DNA of 63,947 bases, counting the filler, from Ministeria vibrans ATCC 50519 (taxonomy: Eukaryota > Protista > Filasterea), in assembly GCA_943704425.1 (NCBI GenBank). It is 7 parts of 7 records of this genome, joined end to end, with 100 filler letters (N's around TTAATTAATTAA, not from the genome) between each part and the next. Parts side by side here need not be neighbours in the genome. Positions count along the whole stretch, not along the records: positions 33,004 to 50,130 come from CALSCP010001959.1; positions 50,231 to 62,726 come from CALSCP010002016.1; 5 more parts are not named here. The stretch is one strand, 5' to 3'. Shown piece after piece: positions 37,545 through 50,401 of this stretch (the first letter of the stretch is position 1; each line of letters starts with the position of its first letter). Under the pieces are notes generated by a model. The model was not told the DNA's origin. It did no database searches and was given only the letters and a program-made list of their open reading frames with translations. The translations under genes and the position numbers were made by a program.

Positions 37545-39510
37545 ATGTACGAGGAATTCGATCGTGTCCTGCTGGTGGCCGAGGCGCAGCAACGCGCGCA
37601 GGGCGAGACGCAGCACAATCCACAAACAACGACTGCTCGCGTCGCCTCTCTGCTGCTCCTCTGCCGCTCCGGCACTCTGACTGCACCGCAATGTCGCGCA
37701 CGGGCCGGCCCGCAGCACCAGGCGCTGCTGGAGGCCCTTGCTCGCCTCGATCCATTCCTCCACTGTCAATTCCATCCCACTGTCAACAACAACAGCCACA
37801 ACAACAGCCCCACCAGCCGTGTCGACGACCCCCGTACACCGCCCCGACGCCCACTCCCCTTGCCGCCCACTGCCCTGTCTGTCTTCGATCGGACTCTCAA
37901 GGCCCATCACGAAAACGACCTCTCAACCATCATCGACTTATCGCCACGCCTTTCCGCCGAGGAATGGACTGCCGTTGCTCGGCAACGCCATGCCGAGTGC
38001 CTTGTCGACCCCAACGCCCTCGTGTTTGCGCTCAATGCGTTTGTGGAGGAAAATGCGCAGGACTTTGTTGACCAAGTCGCTCCGTTGGTTCTCACTGCTC
38101 CCTTGGACGCGCTCCGTCGCCTTGTGCAGGCCGCAGGCGAACACCCGACGCACGCGTGTGCTGTAGTGACGCTCCTCAATCGCCATGGTGGTCTAGCCCG
38201 CCTGCCTGTCGAAGGTGGCGAGCAGCACACAGGCTGGTTTCTGACAGAACATGTCGTTGGACAACTGCTCGACAGTTGGGACGACGAACAGCGCTCACTT
38301 CACCTTCTCTCGCTCCTCCGTCTACTCCACGAACACCATCACATCGACGCCGAACGCATATTCCTCGACTGTGTTGCTTCCGTCGTGTCGGGTGCGCTCG
38401 ACTCCCTCGCCGACGTCGAGTCTGTCTACGAGGCACCGCTTCGCACCGCTCTTGGCTGTGCCTCAGTCCTCTTCCAACTCCCCCAACTCGACACCACCAG
38501 CAAACCACCCGTTCTCACGCCAACACCGCTCCCCTGGCTCCCCACAAACCCCCACATAGCCCAATTTCTTGTCGACACAGCGCGCCTCATCTCTCGCCTT
38601 AGTCCTTTCGCTGTCTCCGACGCACTCATCGACACAGCAGATGCACTTCTGAATCACCTCCAACAACAACTGTCCCTTCTTCTTCTCGAACCACACTCCT
38701 TTTCTCTTCTGTCCGTTGTGCCTCCCATCGACTCGTGTGAACGTTCTGTCACAATCCGCCTGTCCATTCTCTACTCGCCGTCAGACTCTCTACTTCGCTC
38801 CGACTCGCTCAGTCCCTCTCACTTTCTCCGTCTCACTTCGCTCTCTGATCATTTTAACAACACCTCTCTCTTTGTCGATCCCACTGCCATTCCGGAGTTT
38901 TCTCGTTCCAATCTCACTCGCGCACTTGCTGAGACTCTTCCGACTCTCACTCCCACTCAATGGACTCGAATCACACTTTCTGTTCTCCCCTTTTTCTCCA
39001 CTCACTCTCACTACTCCATTCCACTCCTCAGTACTTCAACTCACTCCTTGTCCGAACACAATTGCTACTTGGTCACTGCCCATTTGCTCCTCAGAGTCCT
39101 TTTGGCTCTTCAACTGGATGAAACATCAGAATCCATCACCGTCGCATACTGCATTCAGCGCTTTGTCCCCACTTTTGAAGTACAAGCGGAGAAAAAGTGT
39201 ACCATTTTCGTGCTCAACTCTCTGTGTTTCTCTTTTTTTTTAGGCACTTTTGAAGAAATCGGCTGAATTGGAAGAGCGACTGACCATTGAATCACTCTCA
39301 ATTATGTTTCAGTCCATTTGCACTCTATTGGGTCTCATTGAGCTGTCAGACGATTTGTTTGTCGCAGCACTCGCTCTTACTGGGCTGATCAGAACTCAGG
39401 CTGAGGTCAGATCGGATTCACAGTGGAGTGAGACGTTGCGGGGATTTGTGCAGTGTGTGCGGAATCCGTTGCATAAAACTGCTCTGGAGCGGAAATTATC
39501 ATCAATGTAA
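37545..39510 (+). CDS. Leu-rich alpha-helical hypothetical protein
   Basis: Long ORF from ATG 37545; intron ~39180-39244 joins the 39250-39510 ORF; no motif recognised. Confidence 0.65.
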
Positions 39511-39737
39511 ATAATTTATCTTGTATAAAAAGTATAATAACATATGTGTCTATATATAATGCAAATTACACCACATTCACAAATCACAGCCCGCAGGAGG
39601 CACAAGAAAGTTCTGAAGCAAAAAAAAAATCGAACTGATCGAGAATAGAAAAAATATAATTAATACTGATCGAATATAAATTTTCTCGAATAAGATCACT
39701 CAAAAGTCAAAAAAAGAAACACAGTCAAACACTTCAC

Positions 39738-41740
39738 ATGGACTACAAGGGCTCAAGTGAACGCACACCACTGATACGAGACGCCAAGTTGCCGTCGGCG
39801 GCTGTCGACATCGATTGGACGAGCGAGGATGACTTCGGACCCTCGACGCACAAACCGGCGTCAGCGCGCCTTGTGCGCCGCCGTCGGCTCGTCAAGCCGT
39901 CGAGCCGGGTCCAGGCGCTCTCGCACCTGGCTCTCTCCGGCGACGACAGCGACCGGCACCGCGCGCAGGGCTCAGCAGCAAAAGGCCCCAGCCTCAGCAT
40001 CAACAGCATCCACGACGACGCTTTCCCTGTCCTTCCTACGCGCTTGGGCCGCGTCTCCTGCTACTGCATCGCCGAGCAGTTTGACAAAGAAGGTCTCGCC
40101 GCACACTTGGACGAGCGTCGAGTCGCTCGCGCTCTCGAACTGCCCAACGGAATGGAAATTGTCGAATGGGATTTTGAAGTGCGTCCAGAAGCATTATTTT
40201 TCGTCATGTCAACGTTATGTATAACGCATCCTTTGTGTAGGTGCTTTATATTCCATTTTGGATGAATCGCACAATTTCATTGTCGGCTGGTGTCCCTCAG
40301 CGGTCCGTCTGGCCGCGCGAAGTACTCTACTTCAACTACGGTGCAGTGGTAGCGAACCCATACCTTATACCCACTCATGGCATTCACTCAAACTCACACT
40401 TCTCTTTTAAGGTGATGTGGAATCTCACAGAGCAAGAGGAGGAGTATGTTCTCAAAGACCTAGAACCATTTGAAATCAACAGTCTAAGCGATTCGGAACG
40501 AGAATTGGACGAATTTCGCGTGCGCTGTTCCCCTCAGTCGATTCCCCATCTTGAAAATGACACAGTTGTACTTTCCGCAACCGATTCGTTTCGTGACAAA
40601 ATTGCATTCTCACATGCGCTCGCTCAATCAACGAAACTCTCCGTCATCGAAGGTATAAAAAAAGGTTTTAAAAACCGTCACTTGTTAAGATAACAATTTA
40701 TTGTGTTGCCTGTCGCTCACTTCTGTCACTTGCACTGTTTTTCACGTGTTGCCTGTCGCTCACTCCTGTCACTTGCACTGTTTTTCACGTGTTGCCTGTC
40801 GCTCACTCCTGTCACTTGCACTGTTTTTCACGTATTGCCCCGTCATTTACTGTTTTCAATTTACTGTCACTTGTACTGCTATTTTTCTCATTGTTCCGTC
40901 ACTTGAATTGTCTTTTTCTCTCACTTTCAGAAAGCGTCAACCGCACAGCAGATGATACCCGGTCCATTCCAATGACTCTTGCGCGAACGGGACGTGTTGA
41001 AATGACCCACAAACGCATATCACAGACCATTGGCCGTATTTTAGTTTCCAAAACAGCTGTGAATGCTCTTCCGGACGTGTTAGATAAACCCGAAGTAAGT
41101 TTTGTGTGCCTCTAATTTGGTATAATGAGCAAAGAATATCTAAATAATAATAATTATTATTATATTTTGGTCTGTATTTATTATAATGTCTATCGTACAT
41201 TTAATTGAGTATCAATTTTGTTTTGTGTGTTTGTTCTTGATGTTTATGTTGAATCACTGTGAACATTTGTTTTGGCAAGGATGTCTGATGTCTGCATGCT
41301 TTGTAGTATTTTTGGTCACGAGACGATCACGAGTCACAAGTGTATGACGCAACATACAACTATATGGAGATGAAGAACCGACTGCTGTGTCTGAATACGA
41401 AGATCACGACCATTACGGATGTGCTGGAGGTGTTGAAGGTGCGAGGGAGAGAGCAAAAGAGACGCCCATTGGCAATGAGTGGCTGATTGAGAGTGAGGGA
41501 CTGGTAGAGAGCGATTTTTATTGAGAGTAACATTGTGAGAGGGATTGATTGATGGAAATTGACTGTGTCAATGTGACTGAGAGTGGCACTCGTGGAGAGT
41601 GACTTTTTTAACCCCATCATTAATAGGAACAACGGAACGTGGAAAGCAGTGAGAAGCTTGAAGTGACAGTGATTCTTCTCATTGTCGTTGAGTTGGTCGT
41701 GGGTGTGGCTGGCTGCATCATTGATTATTATCGCACCTAA
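39738..41740 (+). CDS. Rmd1/RMND1 (DUF155) family protein
   Basis: RVSCYCIAEQFD, EVLYFNYGAV-VMWNLT, KIAFSHALAQSTKLSVIE, IPMTLARTG, VLDKPE-YFW, YMEMKNR..LN, C-terminal TM KLEVTVILLIVVE. Confidence 0.9.
40703..40838. repeat. 43-bp tandem repeat x~3 in an Rmd1 intron
   Basis: Unit GTGTTGCCTGTCGCTCACT(C/T)CTGTCACTTGCACTGTTTTTCAC. Confidence 0.92.
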
Positions 41741-42197
41741 CTCAATTCATCCCGAATTCCCTGAACCTAAGCTGTTTTGATGTTTTATTGTTGTTGTTGT
41801 ATGATTCTTTTTATACAGATATAATGTTACTTGGTAAAGGGGATAAGAAGAAGAATGAAGAACTTGCGACGAAAAGAGAGTTTACAGCCAATGTTGACGT
41901 GGAACAGGGCACTTTCTCATACATAATCATCAGTGCACTCTCAATCTCACTCTCACCCTTTCACTCAAGTGCACTCTACACTAACTGAGAAAAGCTCGTA
42001 AACACAAGTCCCTGTGACGCTGTTGAAGCTGGACAGGGGAAGGTGCATGTACAAGAAGGCACGTGTGTGACAACACACACATTGTGCGATGAATGTAATA
42101 AAAAATGATGATTTGCAAAGGGGCGCCATGTCGCAACACCAAACACGGACCGTTCCATCAAACACTCTTTATCTTGTATCTTTGACTAATGATAGAA

Positions 42198-43109
42198 CTA
42201 CGAAAATACATTGGATACTGTCTCACTCAAACCCGCCAGCAGATTTTTGCTCAGAAGTTTTGTCTCGGACTCTTTCCAACCAAGTCGCTCGATCATCGCA
42301 TTGACGTCGCGCATCATTGGTTTGGTGCCCACAACGAGAAAACGCGCGTGGATCGTTTCGCGCTGCTGTTGCCAGTCGCCAAAGACGGTGGAGAGGAGTG
42401 CGTCGCTGGCACGGCCGTGGTGTGCGCCATCAACATGCGTGCGCGAGTAGCTCTTGTGGAAGTCGAACTTGTGGGGGTACTGGAGGGCAAGGCGGTCGAG
42501 CGTCTCGTGGAGGACGGCGTCACTGGGTGTCCGGTTGATGTGCAGCACTCGCACCTGCTGTACGTCGTCGCGGGCGAGCTCGGCCTGCGCCACGTGAACC
42601 ACTTCGGTGATGCCAATGCCCAGGGCAACCATGCCGATGTGGGTGCCGCCGGGCAGTCGCTGCATCTGCTTGAACGGCGGAAAGGGAGCACTCGCGCGAA
42701 TCGACTCGCCAATCTCAAGCGAATCCAAGTAGCGCGAGCAGATGCCGTGCTCATACACCTTGACAGTCAGCTCAAAGGACCCCTTGCGCCCCGCCTCGGA
42801 CGTGGGCGAGTACGACCGCGGCTTGCGCCCCTTCGTGGCGTCCGGCGGGACCTGCCACGTCAGCGGAAGCATCACCTTGACCCGCTCGCCACGCGCCAAA
42901 TCCACGTCCAGCGCCTCGTCCGGCGGCAGCGCGAACGTCAGCTGGATCGTGGGCTCGCCACTCGATCCATTCGTGAGCACTGTCTTGCGCATCAGACTAA
43001 ACGGCCGAAACACCATTGGCAGCGCCTTGCCCGCCGTCTGGCTCAGCATCAGGTAGGCCGAAGTGATCCCAACAACAAATATCAGTAGCCAGGTAAGCCA
43101 GGAGAACAT
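42198..43109 (-). CDS. NADH-cytochrome b5 reductase-like (FNR-fold) oxidoreductase with N-terminal membrane anchor, intronless
   Basis: RSYSPTS, FELTVKVYEHGICSRYL, IGMVALGIGITE, LHINRT, FLVVGTKPM. Confidence 0.85.
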   Translation of the reverse strand: MFSWLTWLLIFVVGITSAYLMLSQTAGKALPMVFRPFSLMRKTVLTNGSSGEPTIQLTFALPPDEALDVDLARGERVKVMLPLTWQVPPDATKGRKPRSYSPTSEAGRKGSFELTVKVYEHGICSRYLDSLEIGESIRASAPFPPFKQMQRLPGGTHIGMVALGIGITEVVHVAQAELARDDVQQVRVLHINRTPSDAVLHETLDRLALQYPHKFDFHKSYSRTHVDGAHHGRASDALLSTVFGDWQQQRETIHARFLVVGTKPMMRDVNAMIERLGWKESETKLLSKNLLAGLSETVSNVFS

Positions 43110-43215
43110 GCAAGAGCGACAGCAAAGGCGTTGTCGCATGCACAAAAAAAAAAAGAGTATTCAAACTAATGATCGGAATTCTTTTCAATCTCGACTCAAT
43201 CTTATTGAATATATT

Positions 43216-43800
43216 ATGGCTGAAGCGTCATCCTCAGCAGACTGCGAACAGGGCGGCGTGGTGGAAATTGACGGATCCACCATGGAGGGCGGAGGCCAAG
43301 GTGACTAAAAAAGCGTTTTCCAAGGTCGATCATTGTGCAATCGGTTTGTCTTGGGGTGTTTTGCGGGGGCGACAGCCGCTCCCGTGCCTCCTCCCATGCG
43401 TCCCTTGGATGATGCGTTGGAATGCGTGCCAGCGACGCAGGGGCAGTCGCGCAGAGATGCTCTTTTGGTGTCGTTTATGATTTTTTTCCTTCCTCTCCTG
43501 AACCATCACACACTCTCTCCTTCCAGTGCTGCGCCAGAGTGCAGCGCTGGCGTGTCTCTTCCAGCGCACCATCCACGTGACCAACATCCGTGCCAAGCGC
43601 TCCAAGCCCGGCCTGCGTGCCCAGCACCTTGCGGGTCTGCAGCTCGTCACTCGGATGGCTGCGGGCTCGCTCACGGGCGGGCACGTCGAGTCGTGCGAGA
43701 TCACCCTCGCCGCACGCGACCTTACACACGGCTCCTTCTCTGCCGATCCCGGAACCGGTGCGAATATCTTGAAAGTTATATCACATCTGATTTTGTGTCG

Positions 43801-43835
<35 letters not shown>

Positions 43836-44696
43836 CAGCCGGAAGTATAATGCTTCTCGTCCAAGTGAGTCTCCCATGCCTTCTCTTTTCGCCGGGCTTC
43901 TCGGAAATCACTCTTCAGGGCGGTACAAATGCCGCAATGGCGCCTCAATACGACTACACAGAACAGGTAAACACACTAATTGATCATTTCCTTCCTCTTA
44001 ACAACACGACGGAAATAGGTTCTTTTGCCCACGCTCAGTCAACGCTTCAACATCACACCCGAAAACATCTCGATTGAGCTTGTGCGCAGAGGGTTTTTTC
44101 CGCGCGGCGGTGGAAAAGTCATTTTGCGATGTAAAAAGCCCGTGCGGTCCCTTCGTCCCGCTCGAATGATCGACCGTGGGACACTTGTCAAGGTATATGC
44201 AATGTTCTTCAGCTTGTTGCAATTTCGTTGAAGTGTGCCTTGGATCGAGTCTGATGGATTTTTCTTTTGTGTTTTCGTAGGTGACTGGTCGATGTTTTGT
44301 GGCCGGGCGAATTCCCGTTGCAGTTGCCATCCGAATGAAAGAAAGTGCAGAGCGCACACTCAGACGGTTTATGCCTGCGAGTGAAAGAGATGTTCCTATT
44401 GATATTCAGGTACAGAATCCCTAACCCTATTGAACCCTCTTACCCAAATCCTAATCCTTACCTTTGCAGATTGTCACCGAACCGTCGTCCATTGCGGTGG
44501 GTGATGGCACGGGAATTTTTCTTGTTGCGCACACTTCCACTGGTTGTCTGATTGCATCTTCTGGTTTGGGTGAAAAGAAAACCAAAGCGGAGCAGGTACA
44601 ATGAACACACAATAATAAAAATAATGTAATATTAGTCATAATAATAATAATAAATTATTATTATTATTACGATTATTATTATTATTACGATTATTA

Positions 44697-44737
<41 letters not shown>

Positions 44738-45319
44738 ATTATTATTATTATTCTGCGTATTACACTTAAAACATTGATACCAACGTGAATGTACAACAAT
44801 GTCGCTTCTGTCCAACCCCTTTTCATTTTTCACTGTCACTCAATGACCGTCTCGCGTATTGTGAATAAGAAGACGATGTATTAATTTGGCAATCTCACTG
44901 GCTTTCAGTCACTTTTCTATTTTGTGACTATGGTTGTCACTGAGTGTCACTCTGACTATCCAAAATACTTAATCATAATTATTATTACTAGGTTGGTGAT
45001 GAGGCAGGCCGTTCGCTCGCCCGTGAACTCTCGCATTCGGGCTGTGTGGATGAGTATTTGGCTGACCAACTCGTTATCTTTATGGCACTTGCTGATGGAA
45101 CATCCCTCATTCGAACAGGTAGCCCTAACCGTGACCTCAACGCGAACTCTAACACGTCATTTTTTGTCCCTAGGTCCTCTTTCGCTTCACACTCAGACTG
45201 CTATTTACTTTGCTGAAAAGATGACCAGTGCGCGGTTTACTGTGACTCCGGTAGAGGGGTCTGACAGTGCGTTTTACATTGAGTGTGTTGGTGCGGCTCT
45301 GTTTAATAAACATCTGTAA
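43216..45319 (+). CDS. RTCA: RNA 3'-terminal phosphate cyclase
   Basis: [52 protein letters not shown], catalytic SLHTQT; about 8 exons. Confidence 0.95.
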
Positions 45320-45486
45320 CAAGTATATTTGTGTTTTTTTATCTGTTCTACTTGAAATGAAGATGAAAAAAGTGTAATTAAGACAAACTCGAGCGCTGTT
45401 TCTTTTGAGTACAAATTTGATATAATATACAAGTTGATTGTTTCGCATCCAAGTCAGACAGACAGACAATGGTCACTGGTCAGTAA

Positions 45487-45750
<264 letters not shown>

Positions 45751-45922
45751 TCACGCACACTCACATAGACCAAGTGAGAACTTGCGCGGAGACCAATCAA
45801 CTCACGAGTGAGATTCAAAGTGATCAACATAAACGACAAACAAAAACATTTTATTTTCTTCTTTTTTTGCCTTCTACCCAATTCAATACCACTCCCCTCT
45901 ACTCGTTTTCTGCTCCATTCCC

Positions 45923-48900
45923 ATGGCGGATCAAGAAGACGACAGCCGTGAAGACGAAATGGTTCGCGTTGACTTTGGGCCGTCGGTTGAACTTGATCGG
46001 GTCGCCTCAGCCGATCCCACGGGCACCTTTGCCTCCCGCCGCGCCCAGCAGCACCCTGTTGTCATGTTTTCCAAGCGCCACTGCCCGTACGTGTTCCCTT
46101 TTTTATAAGACTGTTTGATCTGAAAGTGAAATACACTGATCGCATTGCAGTCACTGCGCACACGCCAAAAGTGTGCTTGCGCGGCACACTGACCACGTCG
46201 AGTGGATTGAGATGGACACACTGACCGCCAGCCAGCAGCACGCCGCCCTGGCTGAGCTCCAGACCCTCCCGTCCCTCTGGATTGGCGGACGGCGTGTCAC
46301 GGGCGATATGGCGCCACTCGACGCGTCGGGCCGTCTGCGGCGCCTCCTCGTCGCCCAATGCGCCGATCAGGTCTACTCCGAGCCTGCCGACGTGCTCCAG
46401 CATGCACCCTTGCCGCCCTTTCTCTTTCCGCTTCACGAGCGCAAGTAAGCAATTCACTCGTGATTAGTCAAATGTCAAACTTGATCGAAATATTTTCACT
46501 TCAGTATTCATTCACACTTTCTTTTTCGCCGTCGTAGGTTTGTTCTCCGTCTTGTCTCTCTCCAAGTTGCAATCGTGTGTATCTTTGGCATTATCTTTCG
46601 CTTCAATGACGTTATGCGCTGGTAATTCACTCACTCACATCTCAAAACAATTCATTCACACACACACACACACACATTTAGGATCATTTGCGCACAAACA
46701 GTCGATTACTTTTTGCGTCTCTTTGCGGGTTCTTCCGGTTCCATTCAGGGCTCACTTGCTAATCTTGTCCTCTCTCCATTTCCTGATTTCCCGTCCAATC
46801 GGCTCATTTGCTCTTGCCACATTCAATTCGCGTCACTATTCGGTCTCCTTTTCACTCTTCTCTCCACTTTGGGTCTCTTTTTCCTCCCAAACTCACTCAA
46901 CGTGCTCTCTGCAATTCTTTTGGGTCTTCTCTCACTGGTCTCTCTGGCCCATTTCGCCTTTGATCTGTCCATTGGCCATTTTCTCTTTTCACTTCTCTTT
47001 CGTTTCCATTGGATCTCGCCCGATCTGTACAATCAGTCCATTGAGACTCTAAAGTCCGCCCAATCCCAACAAACAAAACTCCCGCGTCCCACGTACATCG
47101 AAAATCACGTAAAGAAATTTTTGGAACTCACTTTCTGTACTTACACACAACCACAAACAAATCTTAGACACAACAAAACGAAAACAACCCTCAAACCAAA
47201 TTCAAAGCCAAAAGCAAATTGTACAGACTGAGTGATTTCCATCTGATCCGGCACATTCAGTCAAGCTACTTTACTCCCACAATGGGAATTTTGGGCTTGT
47301 CTTCTGCTTTTAAATCTGCTGGTAATATAATAATAATAATAATTATGATATTTTATTCTTATTATTATTGTTTTTAATATATTTTGATACGATTGGTGTT
47401 AAACTTTTACAAAATAATTAACACTCTTTGCTCTCTTTTTTTCGTTTTTTTTTAGCGAATCAGCCATTTTCACTGATTAGTCCGATTGTCTTTCGCGTTT
47501 GCGCAATTCTTTCGTCCATTGTCTTTCTGCTTCTGCTCACGTTGTACATTCTCAAATGTGTCATTTACCCTCAAAAAGTCAAAAAAGAAGTACCACCTTG
47601 AACAAAAACAAACTTTAAAAAGTGGCTGAGAGTGATTTGTTTTAACATGCGTTTCAACTGTAGATTATGCGTTTGAATGATTTTCACGGATTCGGAACAC
47701 TGTTCATCTCATTTGCGCATCTTTCCGCACTGTCACATAACGAAGTTGCCATTTTGCCCTTTATCTGTTTTGTACGAACTCCCTTAACACTAATTCGATA
47801 TAAACACTACGACGTTTTGTAGTGGATTTCTGTCGGTGGAATGGGAATTGTCAGTTGGGTCACAGTAACTCGGTAAATTTTTCAATCTCTTCTTTCCACT
47901 TACTTACGCACATCTTTTTTTTTCTCTTTTTCTCTCTCTCTCTCTCTTTCTCAGTTGGATCAACAGTGAACACACTCGACACTCACTCGATGTCGCTTGG
48001 ATGATTCCTGTTGTGGGAAACATCGTCCTTTCTTCCTACGCCTCCCAATTCAACTACGATCAGTTGGGCAATTTCCTAATGGCTTTTGCTATGTTTTATT
48101 ACTTGGTTCTCTTTGTCCAAACGTTTGATAAAATGGTCTTTTCGGCCAATTTACGGTTTGACCAGAGACCGCAAATTGCGATTTGGTTGGTTGCTCCATC
48201 ACTCTTTTCAGTCGCAGAGAACAATTTGACGGGAACTTACGATCGAATGGGTAACCAACTACTGTTTTTGTCTTTGACTATGTGTCCAATGTCCTTCTCT
48301 CTCTCTCTCTCCTCTCTCTCTCTATTGCTTTGTATTTTTTTCTCTAACCATTTTCTCTTTTTTCTTTTTACTTCTCTCGTTTAGCACTTCTTTCGTTCTA
48401 TTTCAGTCTCTCTTTGGCTCTCCTTTTCCTGTCTCTTCTCTTTCCTGCCAAATACCTTCTCCTGCCCAATTATCCCCTTCCTATTATCTCCCGCTGGTCT
48501 TTTCTCTTTCCCTTTGTCGCCTTTGCACGCTCCACCCTCAATTTCCACCTCTTTTTTGACACATCATTTTCATACTCTCTCTTTGTCATTTCCTATTCAA
48601 TTACCTCCCTCACTGCCGTACTTCTCCTTTCCCTTTCCCTTACCTCTCTCTTTTCCCGCAAATCCCTTTTCCTCCCACAACAAAAGTTTCTTCCTCTCTC
48701 CGATTTCTCTCTCTCCCTTTCCGGTAACAACAACCCTAACCCCTCAAAATCAACAAAAAACAATTAATTACTGCGACTTTTTTAACACTATAACATAATT
48801 GTGTTAGCACTCGAAATCTCTCTTTTGAATATGAAAGAATATCTTTTGGAATTGGACCAATCTTCAATCAATCGACTTTTCGCGTCGGATCTCACAAAAG

Positions 48901-49619
48901 CTGTCCGGGATTTCACTCAAATTTACTCTGTAAGTCAATAGAATAGAACAAAAAACAAAGTGGAATCTTACCAAACCATATTTTTAGAATGTGGTTGAGA
49001 TTCGAACGGAAATTCTTTTTCCCACTCTGAGTCTGTATTTTGAGACGGAGACAGTTCAAAAGGAACACAAAAGTGCTCTTTTGTTGCTCAATCAAAATTT
49101 CACTGCGCTCTCTCACTTTTCATTTGATTCCGTAACGCCAAAAAAAGTTCTGTAAAAAAAATTCTGATTGTTTCTGTTTAGGATTTGAGTGAGATCCGAA
49201 ATGGATTGAAAAACGCGTTTGAATTGGTCGAGAAATCCCTCACAACTGAACAATTAATCATTGATAATCTGATCAGGAAGTTAGTCCCAACAGACTTACA
49301 ACTAAGAGTAAGATCAAAATAATAGAATGAATGATAGTAATAATTATTAGTATTATAATAATTAAATTTTATTTCGTTTCGTTTGTAGTTGATTGAGAAG
49401 TCGTTTGAAAGGTTCCCCACGGAATTTATTGATGGAATTATTCCGTTCACCGTTTCACAGTTGCACTCGGATGGGGATAGTGTGCGATTTTTACGGTCGT
49501 TTTCCGACTCGCTCTCACCAAAGCAGTCTAAAGTGATTATAAGTGCGCTGAAGAACCCACGCACTCAGTTTAGGGTGAGAAGTGCTCAGTTGACAAGGCT
49601 CCTTCAATTTGAACTGTAA
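45923..49619 (+). CDS. Multidomain fusion: glutaredoxin + DUF4395-like membrane domain + TDT/SLAC1 (TehA-like) anion channel + degenerate hemerythrin-like domain; about 14 exons
   Basis: VVMFSKRHCPHCAHAK (across intron 46087-46150), TLPSLWIGG; FLFP..LRLVSLQV..DYFLRLFAG..IQFASLFG; YFTPTMGILGLSSAF, LYILKCVIYPQKVKKE, WMIPVVGN, IWLVAPS, WSFLFP; EILFPTL..QKEH. Confidence 0.78.
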
Positions 49620-50077
49620 CTTAAATTGTAATAATCTAGTACTATAAAAAAGAAAGAAAGACAAGCGCCCTTATACAATTATGAATAGGCACTCTCTCAT
49701 GCCCATACACAATCAATAATCCACTCGCTCACTCTTTCCATTTCAATATTGCACTCCGCACACAACAACTGTACGCACTCATCCCATTTGAAGTCGAAGC
49801 AGTCCCATTAGCACACAGGTAACAATGCAGACATGAAGTTGATACACACTCTACACGTTGATTAAACTACTGCACCTCCCCTTTGTAAACAACGCCTGTC
49901 ACACACTCGTCTCGTTGCCGGTCGCGCCATTCCGCATTTAATAAACAAACACAAAAGTTAACAAAGAAATATAAATATTATTTTTCACTAGAAGTCCTTC
50001 TCGCACTGACACTCGCTCAATCTCTCTCAATCACTCACTCGCACACACAATTCAGCTCTCTATCACTTTGTTTCTCC

Positions 50078-50119
<42 letters not shown>

Positions 50120-50130
50120 GCACACTCACA

Positions 50131-50230
50131 NNNNNNNNNNNNNNNNNNNNNNNNNNNNNNNNNNNNNNNNNNNNTTAATTAATTAANNNNNNNNNNNNNN
50201 NNNNNNNNNNNNNNNNNNNNNNNNNNNNNN
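50131..50230. other. Artificial contig linker
   Basis: N44-TTAATTAATTAA-N44. Confidence 0.98.
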
Positions 50231-50278
<48 letters not shown>

Positions 50279-50401
50279 TGAGAAGGATACAAAGTGATAG
50301 AGAGAAAGAGAGGGAAAGATACAAAGTGGTAGAGGGAGAAAGATACAAAGTGATGAGAGGGTTGCAAGAGAGAGTGATAGTAATGTCCTCCTCCTCTGCA
50401 G

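Noticed and set aside
40703-40838. 43-bp repeats as a CRISPR array
   Set aside because: Head-to-tail units without spacers, intronic, no cas genes, eukaryotic context.
49690-49940. Possible terminal exon on the minus strand (..CLHCYLCANG..WKE*)
   Set aside because: Short, interrupted by stops in each frame, no clear splice acceptor or motif; cannot be supported.
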